Assembly: GCA_032718475.1 (NCBI GenBank) | Contig: JAUCBJ010002513.1 | Location: 1 to 44,326 of the forward strand | Source of the DNA: Nemertoderma westbladi | Taxonomy: Eukaryota; Animalia; Xenacoelomorpha | Reading direction: 5' to 3' | Length of the DNA: 44,326 bases | In this document: one piece after another, positions 24,512 through 36,368 of the stretch | Position numbering within the stretch: position 1 is the stretch's first letter | How the letters are laid out: every line of letters begins with the position of its first letter | Translations under genes and position numbers: made by a program | Notes under the pieces: generated by a model | What the model was told of the DNA's origin: nothing | The model's database searches: none | The model's input: only the letters and a program-made list of their open reading frames with translations

Positions 24512-25102
24512 CTAGAAAGCCAGCAAGCTGGCTTTAAACGAACCTGCCCCTCAAATCAGTACCGCAGTACCCTGAGTGAGTGAAAATGAAAACGCGAAAA
24601 TTGCCATCAACTCAACGATAGAAACACCAGCTGCTGGTACTCATGTGGGCCTAGTAAGCTACTACTATTTATTGAATGGATAGACCAAAATGCAGAGAAG
24701 TAAATTACTTGCCAAATTGATTTTGGCGACGTTCTGTGCGAGATTGGCGATATTTGAAAAGATTCTGAGGCTCAAATATGTTGCTCAGATGACTGAATAT
24801 CTCAAATAAAAAAGTTGGTGCCTACTCGACGAGTTGAAATCGGCGAAATTCGACTTTAAATTTTCAAAACCGCTATTTTTCAGTGACCCCGTGATCGAAA
24901 CGCGACAAAAAATATACAGTCTTGTGCGCAACCAAAATTTATGGAGAGTTGGTTATTAAAATTTTTGCGTACCAGCTTGAGTTTTTGAGATATTGGATGG
25001 TTATACATATATACACACACACACACAACCACATCGTGTTTTTAAACGGCTCAATTCTTGACAAGAACTACCCTGGCCTATTAATAGGCAGGTTCGTTAT
25101 AA
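24512..25102 (-). mobile_element. Non-autonomous Helentron/Helitron2-like element (HINE/DINE-1 architecture)
   Basis: Subterminal inverted repeat AACGAACCTGCC (24537-24548 / 25087-25098). 3' hairpin AAAGCCAGC-AA-GCTGGCTTT (24516-24535) ending in CTAG. (TA)/(CA) microsatellite at 25001-25027. Confidence 0.75.
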
Positions 25103-25547
25103 TAAATGAAACTCAAAATAGCCAGATCGTAGTCGAAGCTAGTATGAACAGGCTACTTTGATATGCCCAAGTCCAAGAAATATTAAATTTTTTTATTTAT
25201 TTGTGAGGTCTTAAATACGCACAGTTTAAGAGATAAAGAGATAAAAGTACAGGGTGTGTGGCGGGCGGGGCAGGGGGGTGGGAAGAGGATGGGGCAGGAG
25301 CAGCATGAGATCAAGGTACAAGGGAAAAGGGAAACGAGAGATCGAAAAAAAGAAAACGACTCAAATTTTACGATAATTATTGTTGTTTAGGTAAACAACA
25401 TTTCATAGTTACTTGTCTTTATTATCAAAGAAATAGTGATTTGTAAATAAATGGGGTAGTTTCAGGATTTTGGTGCTGACAAAGTTTTATTCTAAAAGAA
25501 CTATGACAAAATTCAGAAAATAGAAATAAAACGAATGAAAAATATGT

Positions 25548-26660
25548 TCATGTTAAATTTTCAAATATACATTTTTTTAATTTAGATCGAAATATTGACT
25601 TGGATGGGATAGCCCGGATAGAATTTGGCAATGAGTTCCATTGAGCAGGGCCTTTATATTTAATTGATCGATGGGCAACCAAAAGCCTTACTCTCGGGAC
25701 AAAAAAAGTATTATGTATGATTACGAGCTGACCTGGTTCCATATGAGTGAATATTCGATACTGGCTGAAATAATGCTCTAGTGTTTGGGGACTTTTTTTT
25801 AATGGAAACAGTATACATGAAAGTTAACAACTGAAAGTAATATAATTTGTCAATTGGAAGGATTGTAAGCTTTTTGTACAACGGCGCTGCTGCAGAGATT
25901 CTAGAGTGACTAAAAGTTATAGCCCGCAACAATTTATTCACTTTTATTTTAAGCGGTCTAATAATAGATGGGCAAGCATTTCCCCAGATTAAAAGCCCGT
26001 ACGAGATGTATGGGTTGGAGATCGATTGTATCGATTTGGAGATTTTGGCCAAAACATATTCGACATGAACTTTCCATGATAGTTTACTGTCTATATATAA
26101 ATTCCTAAATATTTGCAATAAATATAATTTTTCATTTCTCACAAACTGTTGGCTGTTTTCAAGATAGCTACTAAACAATTTAAGAGGTAGACACCGAACT
26201 CCATAATTACTCAGTTTCATAAGTAGGATCGTATGGTCAAGCGCATCAAACGCCTTTTTGAGGTCGATAAATATTACTGTTGAAAATAACTTATTGTCTA
26301 GTGCTTCTCTTATTTTTTCAAGTACAGTTAATAAAGCCTCTGAGGTTTGCATATTTTTTCGGAAGCCGAATTGATTTGGTGTAAGGAGTGCATATTTATT
26401 AATGTAAGTGGTCAGCTGAGTTTTTAAAATCTGCTCGAATATTTTGCTAAAAACAGGTAGCACGGATATAGGTCGATAGTTAGTGGGATCATGGGGATTA
26501 CCACTTTTAAATACTGGAGTTATTACCCTTGCTACCTTTAACAAATCGGAAAAATTCCCCATGCTAATACATTGATTAATTAATGAACACAAATGCTCAG
26601 CTAGAATATCAGCTGCGAGTTAAACCAGCTTAATTGAGAAAGCGTCATTCGTGGAACATT
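25548..26660 (-). mobile_element. Decayed CR1/L2-group LINE RT with an internal deletion
   Basis: PVFKSG..NYRPISVLP, QFGFR, FIDLKKAFD, IDSKLSWK.H and WNSLP are present. The QG and YADD motifs are missing. Confidence 0.85.
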
Positions 26661-27309
26661 TTTGATGCAAAATAACACATCTATTATTAAATTTTCTAAT
26701 GTTTAACTATTTGGTGCAAAATAACACATAATATATTATTAAATTTTCTAATGTTTAACTATTTGGTGCAAAATAACACATATATTATTAAGTTTCTCAA
26801 GCTACTAACCCGCAATTAACTACCTACTGTATAAATTATGTTTACTTGGATATTTTTTAGCATTTACTGTAAAATTGCAACATACCGTACACACGGTACA
26901 CGGATGCAACCTGCTGAGGCTTAGGCTGTAGCCCCACCACTTAACTGCACTACCGGTACTCACAACGTTTCACTGTTTTAATTAGGCCCTAATTAATATT
27001 TCTATGTAAATTTCCCATTAATTAACTGTAAATGCTGCTTGGTAGTTAGGCCAACCCTAAACTTTTAAATTGTGAACTATTTTATAAATTTAATTATATT
27101 TTAACACTATTTTAATTGATTATACCGCTGAAGACGCCCGCGAGGGTGAAATGGCCAGGCCATACGGTAAATAATTAACTTCCATTTTTTATATCCACGT
27201 GGTGAAAGACCCTTCCTTGCCTTTATTAATCCTGTAATTATGAATACGCCACGAAAAACGTCGTTCCGGTTAATCCAAAACCTAAATCCTGGAAAGCCCC
27301 CATTCAAAC

Positions 27310-27750
27310 CTGCCCATGCCTATCTGATTGCTGCAATAATTTCACCACAAATCCCATATTCTGAAAGTATGCTGAACGAACATACGTGACTGATTCAAAG
27401 GCCTTGAAGAAATATAACAGCCAGATGCCTGTCTTTCTTTTTTGATAACTCTTCAATTATCCTTCTAAGTGCCAAAATGGGCTCCATGGTCCCACGACCT
27501 TTACGGAACCCATTCTGATTTCCACGTAGAAGTCTCTCAATGGGATCCCTGATGCGATTTAATAGAATTCTATTGTATAGCTTTGCAGCAATCGAGATCA
27601 ATGAGATTCCCCGAAAAGAACCATAGAGCGTTAGGTTGCCCTTCTTGGAAACTGGGACCAACTTATTTGTTTTCATTTCTTGTGGGACTCTTGTTGTACG
27701 GTACATGTCTACTATGATGGGATAGATGATGTCTGATGTCGTAACGATGA
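27310..27750 (-). mobile_element. RTE-type LINE RT fragment (RT1-3)
   Basis: KKGNL...FRGISLISIAAKLYNRILLNRI..LRGNQNGFRKGRGT..ILALRRIIE. Confidence 0.85.
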
Positions 27751-27769
27751 TGTCAGATGATAATCTGAT

Positions 27770-28978
27770 TAGTATAAATGGCTGTTTTAGTCCTCTACAT
27801 AGCCAAAAAATGAAAAAAAACAAGTAACCAGCACTTAATTCACTTATACGATGCTAGAAATTCACATTTTTAGGTTTTCTGGGGCGCTGATTCTAATGGA
27901 ATACATTTCTAATTTGCCAGATCATTGTTAATCTTATTTTTAGCGTAATATGGCAAATTTTTGGCGCTAGCATCAAATTTCGTACTCATCACCAAAAAGT
28001 ACAAGTTTGAGATACCAGTGCGGTTTTTATTGATTCCATCGGATTCAGGACCCTCATAAACCCGTATAACACAAGAAACAAGATGATACTATATATTAAT
28101 CAATTTGCTTATTTTTAAAAATTTGGTGCTGGTTCAACGATTTTCACCAACCGGCGAAAAATACAAGTTTGAAAACTCTTATGTAATTTTTACTTATTCC
28201 ATTAAATTCAGAACCCTCACAAACCCGTATAACACAAGAAACAAGGTGACACATGAATTTGAATTTGGTGCTAGCACCAAATTTTGCTACCACTTCAGAA
28301 AAATACGAGTTTGAGATGTGTAGTTGAGTAATTATTTATTCCGTTGAATTCAGAACCGCCATAAACCTCTAAAACGTGAGAAATAAGTTGTCACAAGCAA
28401 TTGAACTATTGAATGGATTTTCATAATTTCGTGCTGGCACCAAATTTTGCACTCACATCGCCAAAAATTACAAGTGTGACACGCCTAGTACAACTCGTAA
28501 ATATTCCATCAAAACCAGAACCCCAACAAAAAACAGGTTCAAACAATCAATTTACAAACTTGACATATTTCAAAATTTGGTGCTGGCACCAAAATTGGCA
28601 CCCGCCGAAAAAACAAGTTTGAAAATTTATATGAATTCCATCGAATTGTAAACACCAAAAAAACCGGTGTAAATTAAAAATAGAGATGTTACAAATCATA
28701 TTTCATGAAATGTAATTTTCAAAAAACGCCTCAAAAAAGTGCCAAAAGTAAGGTTAAAAAATGGTGCTATAACTCGAGAACTTCACAATATTTTTGTATA
28801 CCGTTTTCACTATTAGGAAGACAATAGATTTTAAGGAAAAGACATAAAATTACAGATTCCCAACTGCGTTTGTTTAAGAGTTATAACAAAATAACCCTGG
28901 GGGTGGAGGGGGGGGGGGGGGGGGGGGGGGGGGGTGGGGGGTCATATTGACCACCCCCCCAGGGTTTAATATGGTTAA
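27770..28978. mobile_element. Non-autonomous DNA element with about 150-bp internal repeats, interrupting the RTE
   Basis: Recurring TTTGGTGCT(A/G)GCACCAAA palindromes and TTCAGAACCC..AAACCCGTATAAC blocks. Right end GGTTAA abuts RTE coding sequence. Left end unclear. Confidence 0.6.
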
Positions 28979-29620
28979 AGAACTCAGAGGGGGCAGCATC
29001 TACTCCACTGGCACGATTGGCCTCGATTGGCCACAGCAGCCTTCACTTTAGCCAATGGGAATATCTGGGAGTACAGACTCAGACACTTTTACTTCCATAA
29101 AGTTATCGGACAAAACTCTGTCATTATTGAGGAGCTTTTCAAAGTGGGCCTTCCTACCATTATTGAGGCGATCGGCTGGTGATTCTGCCTTAACCTTGGT
29201 GGTTGATTGGATTTTTCGCCCAGTCAACAAGTTGACCGATTTCCATGCCTGGGGGATGATTGCCTGCTGCCGTCAGCATCATTGATGGCATCAACCTGTT
29301 GGTTTATAATCTCCTGTAGATTAACAGAGTACTGCCTGGTCAGTACTGCATGTTCCCAGGTCACATAAGTCGTCCACATGCTCAAGCATACCATCCTTTG
29401 AGCTTATGATCATACGATCAGACATTTCCTGAGGACTTTCAAAGTTAACTCTCAAAATTTCGGTCTTCTTGGAGTCAACAAAAAGACCAACACTAGAAGC
29501 AGTCTGTTCTAATGAGATGAGGAGCCGTTGGGCTCCCTCTAGTGATTCTGAGATTATTCCTAAGTCATCAGCAATGTCTAGGTACTTGGCAGATATTTCC
29601 TCGACTTCTGGAGCCATAAG
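28979..29620 (-). mobile_element. RTE-type LINE fragments (pre-RT/RT0 at 28979-29320; RT5-6 at 29321-29617)
   Basis: AWKSVNLLTGRK, HFEKLLN and RASGVD in the first part; LDIADDL..LEGAQRLL..VGL..KKTE in the second. Confidence 0.75.
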
Positions 29621-29722
29621 GTGGAGTTACCATCACCCCATCATCATTGATGATCTAAGGACATGCGTAGAAAATAGTCAACCACAATTATGAATAAGTG
29701 TAATCTAGTGTAATTTATGTAG

Positions 29723-30475
29723 TTTAACCCCTTAGAGCCTATGACGTCCACTCCACGTCACCATGGACAGCACTAAGACGTGCAGTGGACTTCATGCTGG
29801 AATACATATTTTATTGGAAGGGTCTTGGTCTAGGTATACTGGTGGACAGTATTAATGACATTTAGTGCTCTTCATGGCAAAAAATCCATTATGTACTGTA
29901 GATATAGGCTGTATTGTATGTAGACTGTATTATTAGTGTTAGGTATATGGCGTAATGCTAACCACAGTACAGTAGTACAGACTGACAGAAAGACCGTCAG
30001 ACAGACAGACTAGATTTATGTAAACGTGTAAACTGACATCAGAAATGAAATCAGCAACCCTTTAAACCCCCATGGCGAGAATGTTAGTTAGTTTGTATAC
30101 TTTTTTAAGTTTTGACAGACTGACTGACAGAAAGACCGACAGACAGTCAGACCGACAGACCAACAGACTAGATTTATGTAAAAGTGAAATCTGACGTTAA
30201 AAATTAAATCAGCACCCCTTAAAACCCCCATTTTGTGAAAGTCTGTCAATATATAACAAGAAAGCATAAAACCATGATAAGATTTTTGCTATGGGGGTTT
30301 TCCTGGTCGCTGAATTCATTTCTGAGGTCAGTTTTCACTTTTAATGAAATCTAGTGTCTCTGTATGTCTGTCTGTCGGTCTTTCTGACTATCCGTCTATA
30401 TCTGTCTGTCAAATATATGAAAAAGGCACACCATTTAGCTAAAAGTTTAGCTATTGGGGTTTTTAGGGGCTTAGG
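29723..30475. mobile_element. TTAA-CCCCTT-started (piggyBac-like) non-autonomous element with internal inverted (GACA)n-containing repeats
   Basis: TTAACCCCTT at 29723. 29980-30230 is duplicated and inverted at 30290-30470. Right terminus uncertain. Confidence 0.45.
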
Positions 30476-31757
30476 GGATAGTTATAAAACCCGAAAATAA
30501 CGAAAAAGACGAAATGTTCATCGAAAATATCGAATTTATCAAACAATTTGCAAATTCTCGCTTTACAGTACGATAGGTATTATTAGAAGGCACACTTTAC
30601 ATTTTTAAATTCATAAAATCCGATAATTTCGCCCCATTTTCGACCTTAAAAGTAATTTAATACCAAATACTGTCTGCTGGTTGGTTGTTAGGTGTTAGCT
30701 GTTAACCAATGGCGGCTTGGATGAAATCAGTGTACTGCAGTATTGGTCTGGTGCATTACAGATGTGGCACTACAGGTGTACTGTTGTACAGGCCTTGGTC
30801 AGCACGGTACAACAGCCCTATCAGCCTACAGACAGGAGCTGTTGCGCTGACAGACAGAGAGATAACATCCCATGGGGTAGGGCGTACAGTACAGTAGGGG
30901 GTACAGGATAAGGATTTATTCTGGACTATCAGATACCGGTAGAAGATGATTATTAAAAGTAGGAACGATGGCGAACGATGACTTTTATGATAATCTCCTT
31001 ATTTTTAACATTACATATGAATCATATCAGTGCCGTATTAATTCCCAGGTAACACAGGACGTTCATGGAAGAAATTGAACGTTATCAAATGGTTCAATTT
31101 CAGCCATTAATTGAACGTCTTTCAAAAAAAACGTTCAACATACGTACAAATATGATTACGTTTCCAGTCTTGTACCAATTTGAAACGTTAAAATAAGGCG
31201 ATAAAGAGACGTTGCTAAACATAACGAAAAATGAACTTTAACATTTATAAAATAAAACGATTAATGAACGTTCAATTAACGTTCAGTTTTTCGTTCATTA
31301 TGTGTACCTAAATATGTATGTAGATTGTCTGGCAATGGCGTGTTCGGACTTGCTGGTGACTCACAATATTCCCATATAAGTGTTTTTGCCTTAAGAAGAC
31401 CAATAACATTGTTCCTTTAAGAGGGGGGGGGGTACCCCCCCCCCCCCCCCCTTGTTATTATGTAAACGTTTAAAATGTTTTTATACCTACAGTATTACAC
31501 GTTCGTGGGGCCTTCGCGCAGCACGAGGCCCAGTTATGAGATACAAATTAAAACACAAAATCAGGTTATGAGAGATTAACCAACACCACCAATTAATCAA
31601 AGAAAGGGGGACAGTACGTGTTCACCCCTTTTAATCTGCACCCCCCCCCCCCCCCTCCCTTCCCACCCACCAATACATAACCGCGACATCTACCACCCAA
31701 GGAAGGGTAGCACGAACTTATTTCCAAACGCACGTTCAATATGCAAAGCCAGGTGGT

Positions 31758-32216
31758 TTATAGGAATATAATCAATGCAGTACTCGTCTTCATTATAAGC
31801 CTCTTTGCGTTCGACCTGTTTTGTATTAAAATATATTTATTAAACGCAGGCTGACGCTCTTTATAATAATAATACCTAGGGATGCCAGCTTCCAGACTTT
31901 CAATCTTTACTGCCGCGCAAACCCCGCAGAGGAAGTTTTGGTTTGAGAGATCAAGCCCATCGGCAATTGGTGTTTCAATTTCGGTCCAGGAACTCTGACA
32001 ATGGGAGCATTCAATCTTAGCTGTGGTCCATTCCCGTGGTTTCGGCTTCCTTTTCTTCGTCCCAATGACAGATTCTTCTGAAGACGTTCGATTCACTTTC
32101 AGTTTATTGTTGGCGTTTGTGTTTTGAAATTGTATTCGAGTGGACAGTCGCGCCGGTTTCGAGGTAACCATACCGACCTGTGATAAGCGTTGGTTTTGTT
32201 GAGTGCCGGTATTCAT
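31758..32216 (-). other. Short ORF with two CxxC pairs, possibly a LINE ORF1 PHD-like remnant
   Basis: CSHC...FLCGVC preceded by a basic stretch; no other support. Confidence 0.25.
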
Positions 32217-33060
32217 CTTCTCTCACCTCTTCAATGTCAGATGTTGCAAATACTGATAACACGAATAACGGTATATATTTCAATACTTGTCAATAGTAAT
32301 ATATATAATTTAGATAACTATTTTATATCTGTACTGTTGAGCAAACTCTACATAAATTCCAACCTGTGTATCGCTGGTAGGGCTGTTGCTGTGCAAGTGC
32401 TAGTTGCCACTGGTCAGCCGGTACCGGTAGTAGGGTGGTACCATGGCCTACTACACACAGGCCATGACAAGGACTTTGCTGTGAAATTAGCGTAGGCTGA
32501 CTGGTGACTGATGAATTATCAAATATTATATTTTCCATGAATGCAGGGTCCATATTTAAAAGAAGATGACTAGATTTTCGTAAAGAATTTAATTGAAACA
32601 GTATTTAATAATAAATAAATTAATTATCGCTCGAGTTCCTGCAGCTTTTATTCGTGGCAGGAATGTTTGAACGCTAATAAGTCGGTCAATCAAGGATGAA
32701 ATGGAACCAAACTTGGTACACATGTAGTCTATAAAAAATTTAGAAATTCTACACACAGACAGACTTCTACAGTTCCCCGGTCTGCCGCTAGGGGGCGAAT
32801 TAACAGAAACGTAAAAATAGCTGTAATTATAGAACCAACGATCAGATTCATCTGAAATTTAGTAGTAGTTACCTAAGAGCATTGCTTAATTAGAAATTCT
32901 ACAGAGACTTTTACAGTTCCTGTCTGCCGCTAGTGGGGAACTGTTAGAGCTCCAGTTCAACGTGCTTAGCACGGTTTAATAAACAATCAATTAATTATTT
33001 TATTCAATACAGTAATTATAACAGTAAAATGCAATGTATTCTATTTTTTAGTGAAATCAA

Positions 33061-33327
33061 GAGATAGGAGGGGGGTGGGACTGGACGCAAATCCCATCTT
33101 GGCGAATTAATATCCCGCCTCAATATTAATTTCTAAATTTTGGGAAAGGAGCAGGTTACAGTGGCACGTTATTTTAACCAAAACAATAAAGTAAACACAA
33201 TAGAACAGGTTACAGTTTTATTTTTGAGAGTAATCAGCTGTTGTTATTTGCGTCCAATTTCCCCTGGAGATGAGGGATGAATTTTTATTGCGTCCAGTTC
33301 CCCCCCCCCCCCCCCCCCCCCCTATCT
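33061..33327. mobile_element. MITE with 8-9-bp TSD (Mutator-like)
   Basis: TIR GAGATAGG(G)n ACTGGACGCAA / TTGCGTCCAGTT(C)n CCTATCT. Direct repeat TGAAATCAA at 33052-33060 and 33328-33336. Confidence 0.8.
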
Positions 33328-33479
33328 TGAAATCAAATACCAAAAATATATTTATTATATGAACAATCTATTTGGAAATTGTAAGTTCGGCCTATCTCTT
33401 TACCATAAGCTCAGTATCTTTATCTGGTGTGTTTTTATTATTTTACCAATTATTTAATATGTTTGATAGAATTGAACAA

Positions 33480-34085
33480 CACCGCCCAACACAACCAACT
33501 CTCTATCCGCCTCGAGCATCGAGAATACGAGAAACTCGATCGAAATACCTGCTTATCCCAGTAGTATCCGTCCGTAGTCTAGTCACCGGACCGCTGCGGT
33601 TTACTCCCGTAGAACAGTAGAATTCCCGCAGCTTCCGACCCAATTCGACAACGAATTCGCTTCACACTTTCGCGTCACAGAGAACGTAATCCAGTGCGAT
33701 AACGTCTGCCCAACGTTCAACCATTTCCCCCAGGCGATCCCAGGATCCGGGCCGCCGCTAAACCCAGATCGCAATCCTCGTCGATTCGTCCAGTCGTCGA
33801 CGTAAGTCAGTAAGTGGGACTCTTCCCACCGCACTCCAAGGTGGGTGACCGGAGTGAGGCATGATGAACTTGGCAGTGGCCCGCATTACGATCTGACCGA
33901 CCGCCGTATTCCCAGTGTCTGAGTGTAGTAAATACCCAAATAGAATCGTACTGACAAACAAGCAATTCCGTAGTATTCCCCCGTTAATCACCTCTTGAAG
34001 CAACTCGGCTGCTCGGGTCCAGATACATCGGACTGTCGGGAGCGTTTCAGACAGTAATGGAGCGGCATTTGCGAATATTTCCAAT
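33480..34085 (-). pseudogene. ALDH3: Aldehyde dehydrogenase family 3 (ALDH3/fatty ALDH) pseudogene fragment
   Basis: Piecing frames together after removing small insertions gives LP.YLDP, VINGG, YTGNTAVGQIVMRA.AK, VTLECGGKSPTYVD, DCDLGLAAARIAWGKWLNVGQT, DYVLC and REFYGSKPQRSGDYGRI, which are ALDH3 core motifs. Many frameshifts. Confidence 0.85.
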
Positions 34086-34746
34086 GGTTTTATAATAAAT
34101 AAGGGGATTCAACAGTTCAATGCTAAAACAAATGGATTATTCCTAACCCCACCCCAATACAGCAATATACCTAACAGTATATAGCTTAGGTACCACAGTC
34201 TGACTAGCTTTAAATATTAGAGTATGAAAATTATTATAGGACCCTCATGGAAACGAGGTATATACCTCATGAGGCTATCCTTACACCAGAACCTTTTATT
34301 TAAGTAAATAAACATTTTATAAGTTGACTATCTACATAAATCAGTATTGGTGCTCCTAAATATCTAGTGTTATTACTTGTACTGTAGGCCTAATATCGTA
34401 ACGTAATCTTTATAAATGTATTATTGTGAATTTTAAAAGGTTTAATTATGTGTAAAAAACAATCAATCAATCAAACCATAATCAGCACAGTCAGCCTACG
34501 CATGGGTGGTACCTACGGTGCGCACTACAACGGCAGTACAGCAATACGGTGTACCGTGCCAATGACTGAATGATTAGCGGTAACTACTGAACTATCTAAA
34601 CTATTATATTATTATTACCGGTACTAGGCTAATTAGGCCTAAACTATAATCACCGCAAGGGTTTCCGGGGCCATGTTTAGATTACATGATATGGCATGTC
34701 TGCAGTGTATGGTACCGGCTGACCTGTATTGCAGTATTGACTGATT

Positions 34747-35140
34747 GCAGAATTCTCGATTCAGGAATTGAGTCACAGCCTGACAGTACCGGTACAAATG
34801 GTACATGCAGATTGGCAGACAGCCCCTATGTTTTGCAAAATTTGTCAGAAAACCAGCTGATTTATCCTACAGTAATAATAATTTAACGCATGTTAATTTT
34901 GGATAAATAAATATATTATAACTACAATAACAGTTACACTGATGCTGCACGAAGGCCCCACGCAAATTCTACTTGGAAAATTTTCAAACTTTTGCCAAAC
35001 AACATGTGTACCAAGTTTGGATAGATTTCATCAAGGATTGGCCGAGTTATTAACGTTTAAAATAAAATACTGAAAAAAAACGCGACAGAACGACAGAACG
35101 ACACGTTCGTGGGGCCTTCGCGCAGCACGAGGCCCAGTTA
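34747..35140 (+). repeat. Direct-repeat copy 1, containing a Helentron-like element
   Basis: 34747-35096 is near-identical to 42401-42729. Inverted GCTGCACGAAGGCCCCACG (34945) / CGTGGGGCCTTCGCGCAGC (35107), GACAGAAC microrepeat and hairpin GGGCCTTCG..CGAGGCCC. 35101-35200 also matches 31497-31580. Confidence 0.85.
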
Positions 35141-35339
35141 TGAGATACAAGTTAAAATTGTGCGACTGTATCACAAAATCAGGTTATGAGAGATTAACCC
35201 ACAACTTGGTACATAATAAGTACAAAAGGTACACAACTTGGTACAATGGGTACAAAAGTTACACAACTTGGTACATTGTAGGTACAAAACGGCGCCCGGG
35301 ATACAATGGTGTACCCGGAAAGAAGATGCGCAGATAAAC

Positions 35340-36163
35340 GGATAAATTCGGCGATAATAAACATAATTTCAGCATTCTTTAAAGATACCGACAGACCACA
35401 GACTGCGGGAATACAGGAATAACGGGAGTTTGCGTAAATTAGCCGGAATCTCGAACTGTCGAAAGCTTTCCCGAGATCACTTCCATTTTTACTGTACCGG
35501 TACCCAATTGTGCCCACATCCAGATCGATCCGATAACCGATCACGTCGCCTAGTCCATATGGTTGTCCATAGTCGTCAAAATGCCGCCCGAAACACTTCT
35601 TACCGTTTCCTCCGAAGCCAAAACTATTTTTATCAGTCCCGATATCGAGTGTCGCGCTTTCCGGTGCTCCAACCAACCCGGCATGCAGGCATGGGCCCTC
35701 GCACCTCGTCCTTTACCGTCGCCTCGTAATAGCTGAATAGTAACGAAACGACCGGATCCGACTATTCCTTTAGTCGTCCGGGTACCGTGCCAACTCCTCT
35801 GGCCACGCGCATGACACAGCAACCGTCCGGGGTGATGGCCAACTGGTCACCTCTATCGCTCTATCGAATGAGTTCAACTGAAATTTCGTAGGCCTAGTTC
35901 TTCCCCCCGATTTCCCATCGAGTTTTCCATCTCGGAGTTTGTACCGTAGAGTTTCATGGACCAGCTGTAGTATCGGGATACAGAATGCCCCGGTCTTCCC
36001 GCTTCCGCCGCCATCAGCACAGTCTCCACCGCCCAGGATCAGAGCTGCAGAGGGACAGCCTCACCCTGCAAGTTGGTCGGTAGACTCCATTCCAGGACAT
36101 CCAACGCGCGTCCGATTTCCTTCTGAACACCACAGTCAGCTACAGAGCTACGAATGATCCCAT
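35340..36163 (-). pseudogene. DDX1: DDX1 (DEAD-box helicase with SPRY insert) N-terminal pseudogene fragment, intronless
   Basis: GVQKEIGRALDVLEWSLPTNLQGEAVPL, GSGKTGAFCIPILQLVHETL, WHGTRTTKG, CRVGWST..TLDIGTDKNSFGFGGNGKK and SKNGSDLGKAFEIP..FPAV.LKNAE give the Q-motif/Walker A/SPRY order diagnostic of DDX1. Many frameshifts. Confidence 0.92.
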
Positions 36164-36368
36164 ACTGTGTACTGCAGTACTGCCATACCTGCATACTGCA
36201 GTACTGCCATGCCATATACAATAGCCTAATGCAATAGGCCAATACAGCAATAGTCATACAACCAGACTGCGTTCAGTGTTAGGCAAAACAGAAGTAGGCC
36301 TAGCCTAAGCAGCTAGGCTTGTACAGTCTGCAGTCTGACAGTTGTAGCTACAATAATTGCCGAAATGC

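Noticed and set aside
31044-31300. CCCAG-started, AACGTT-rich element
   Set aside because: Only one apparent terminus and no TSD, so it cannot be delimited.
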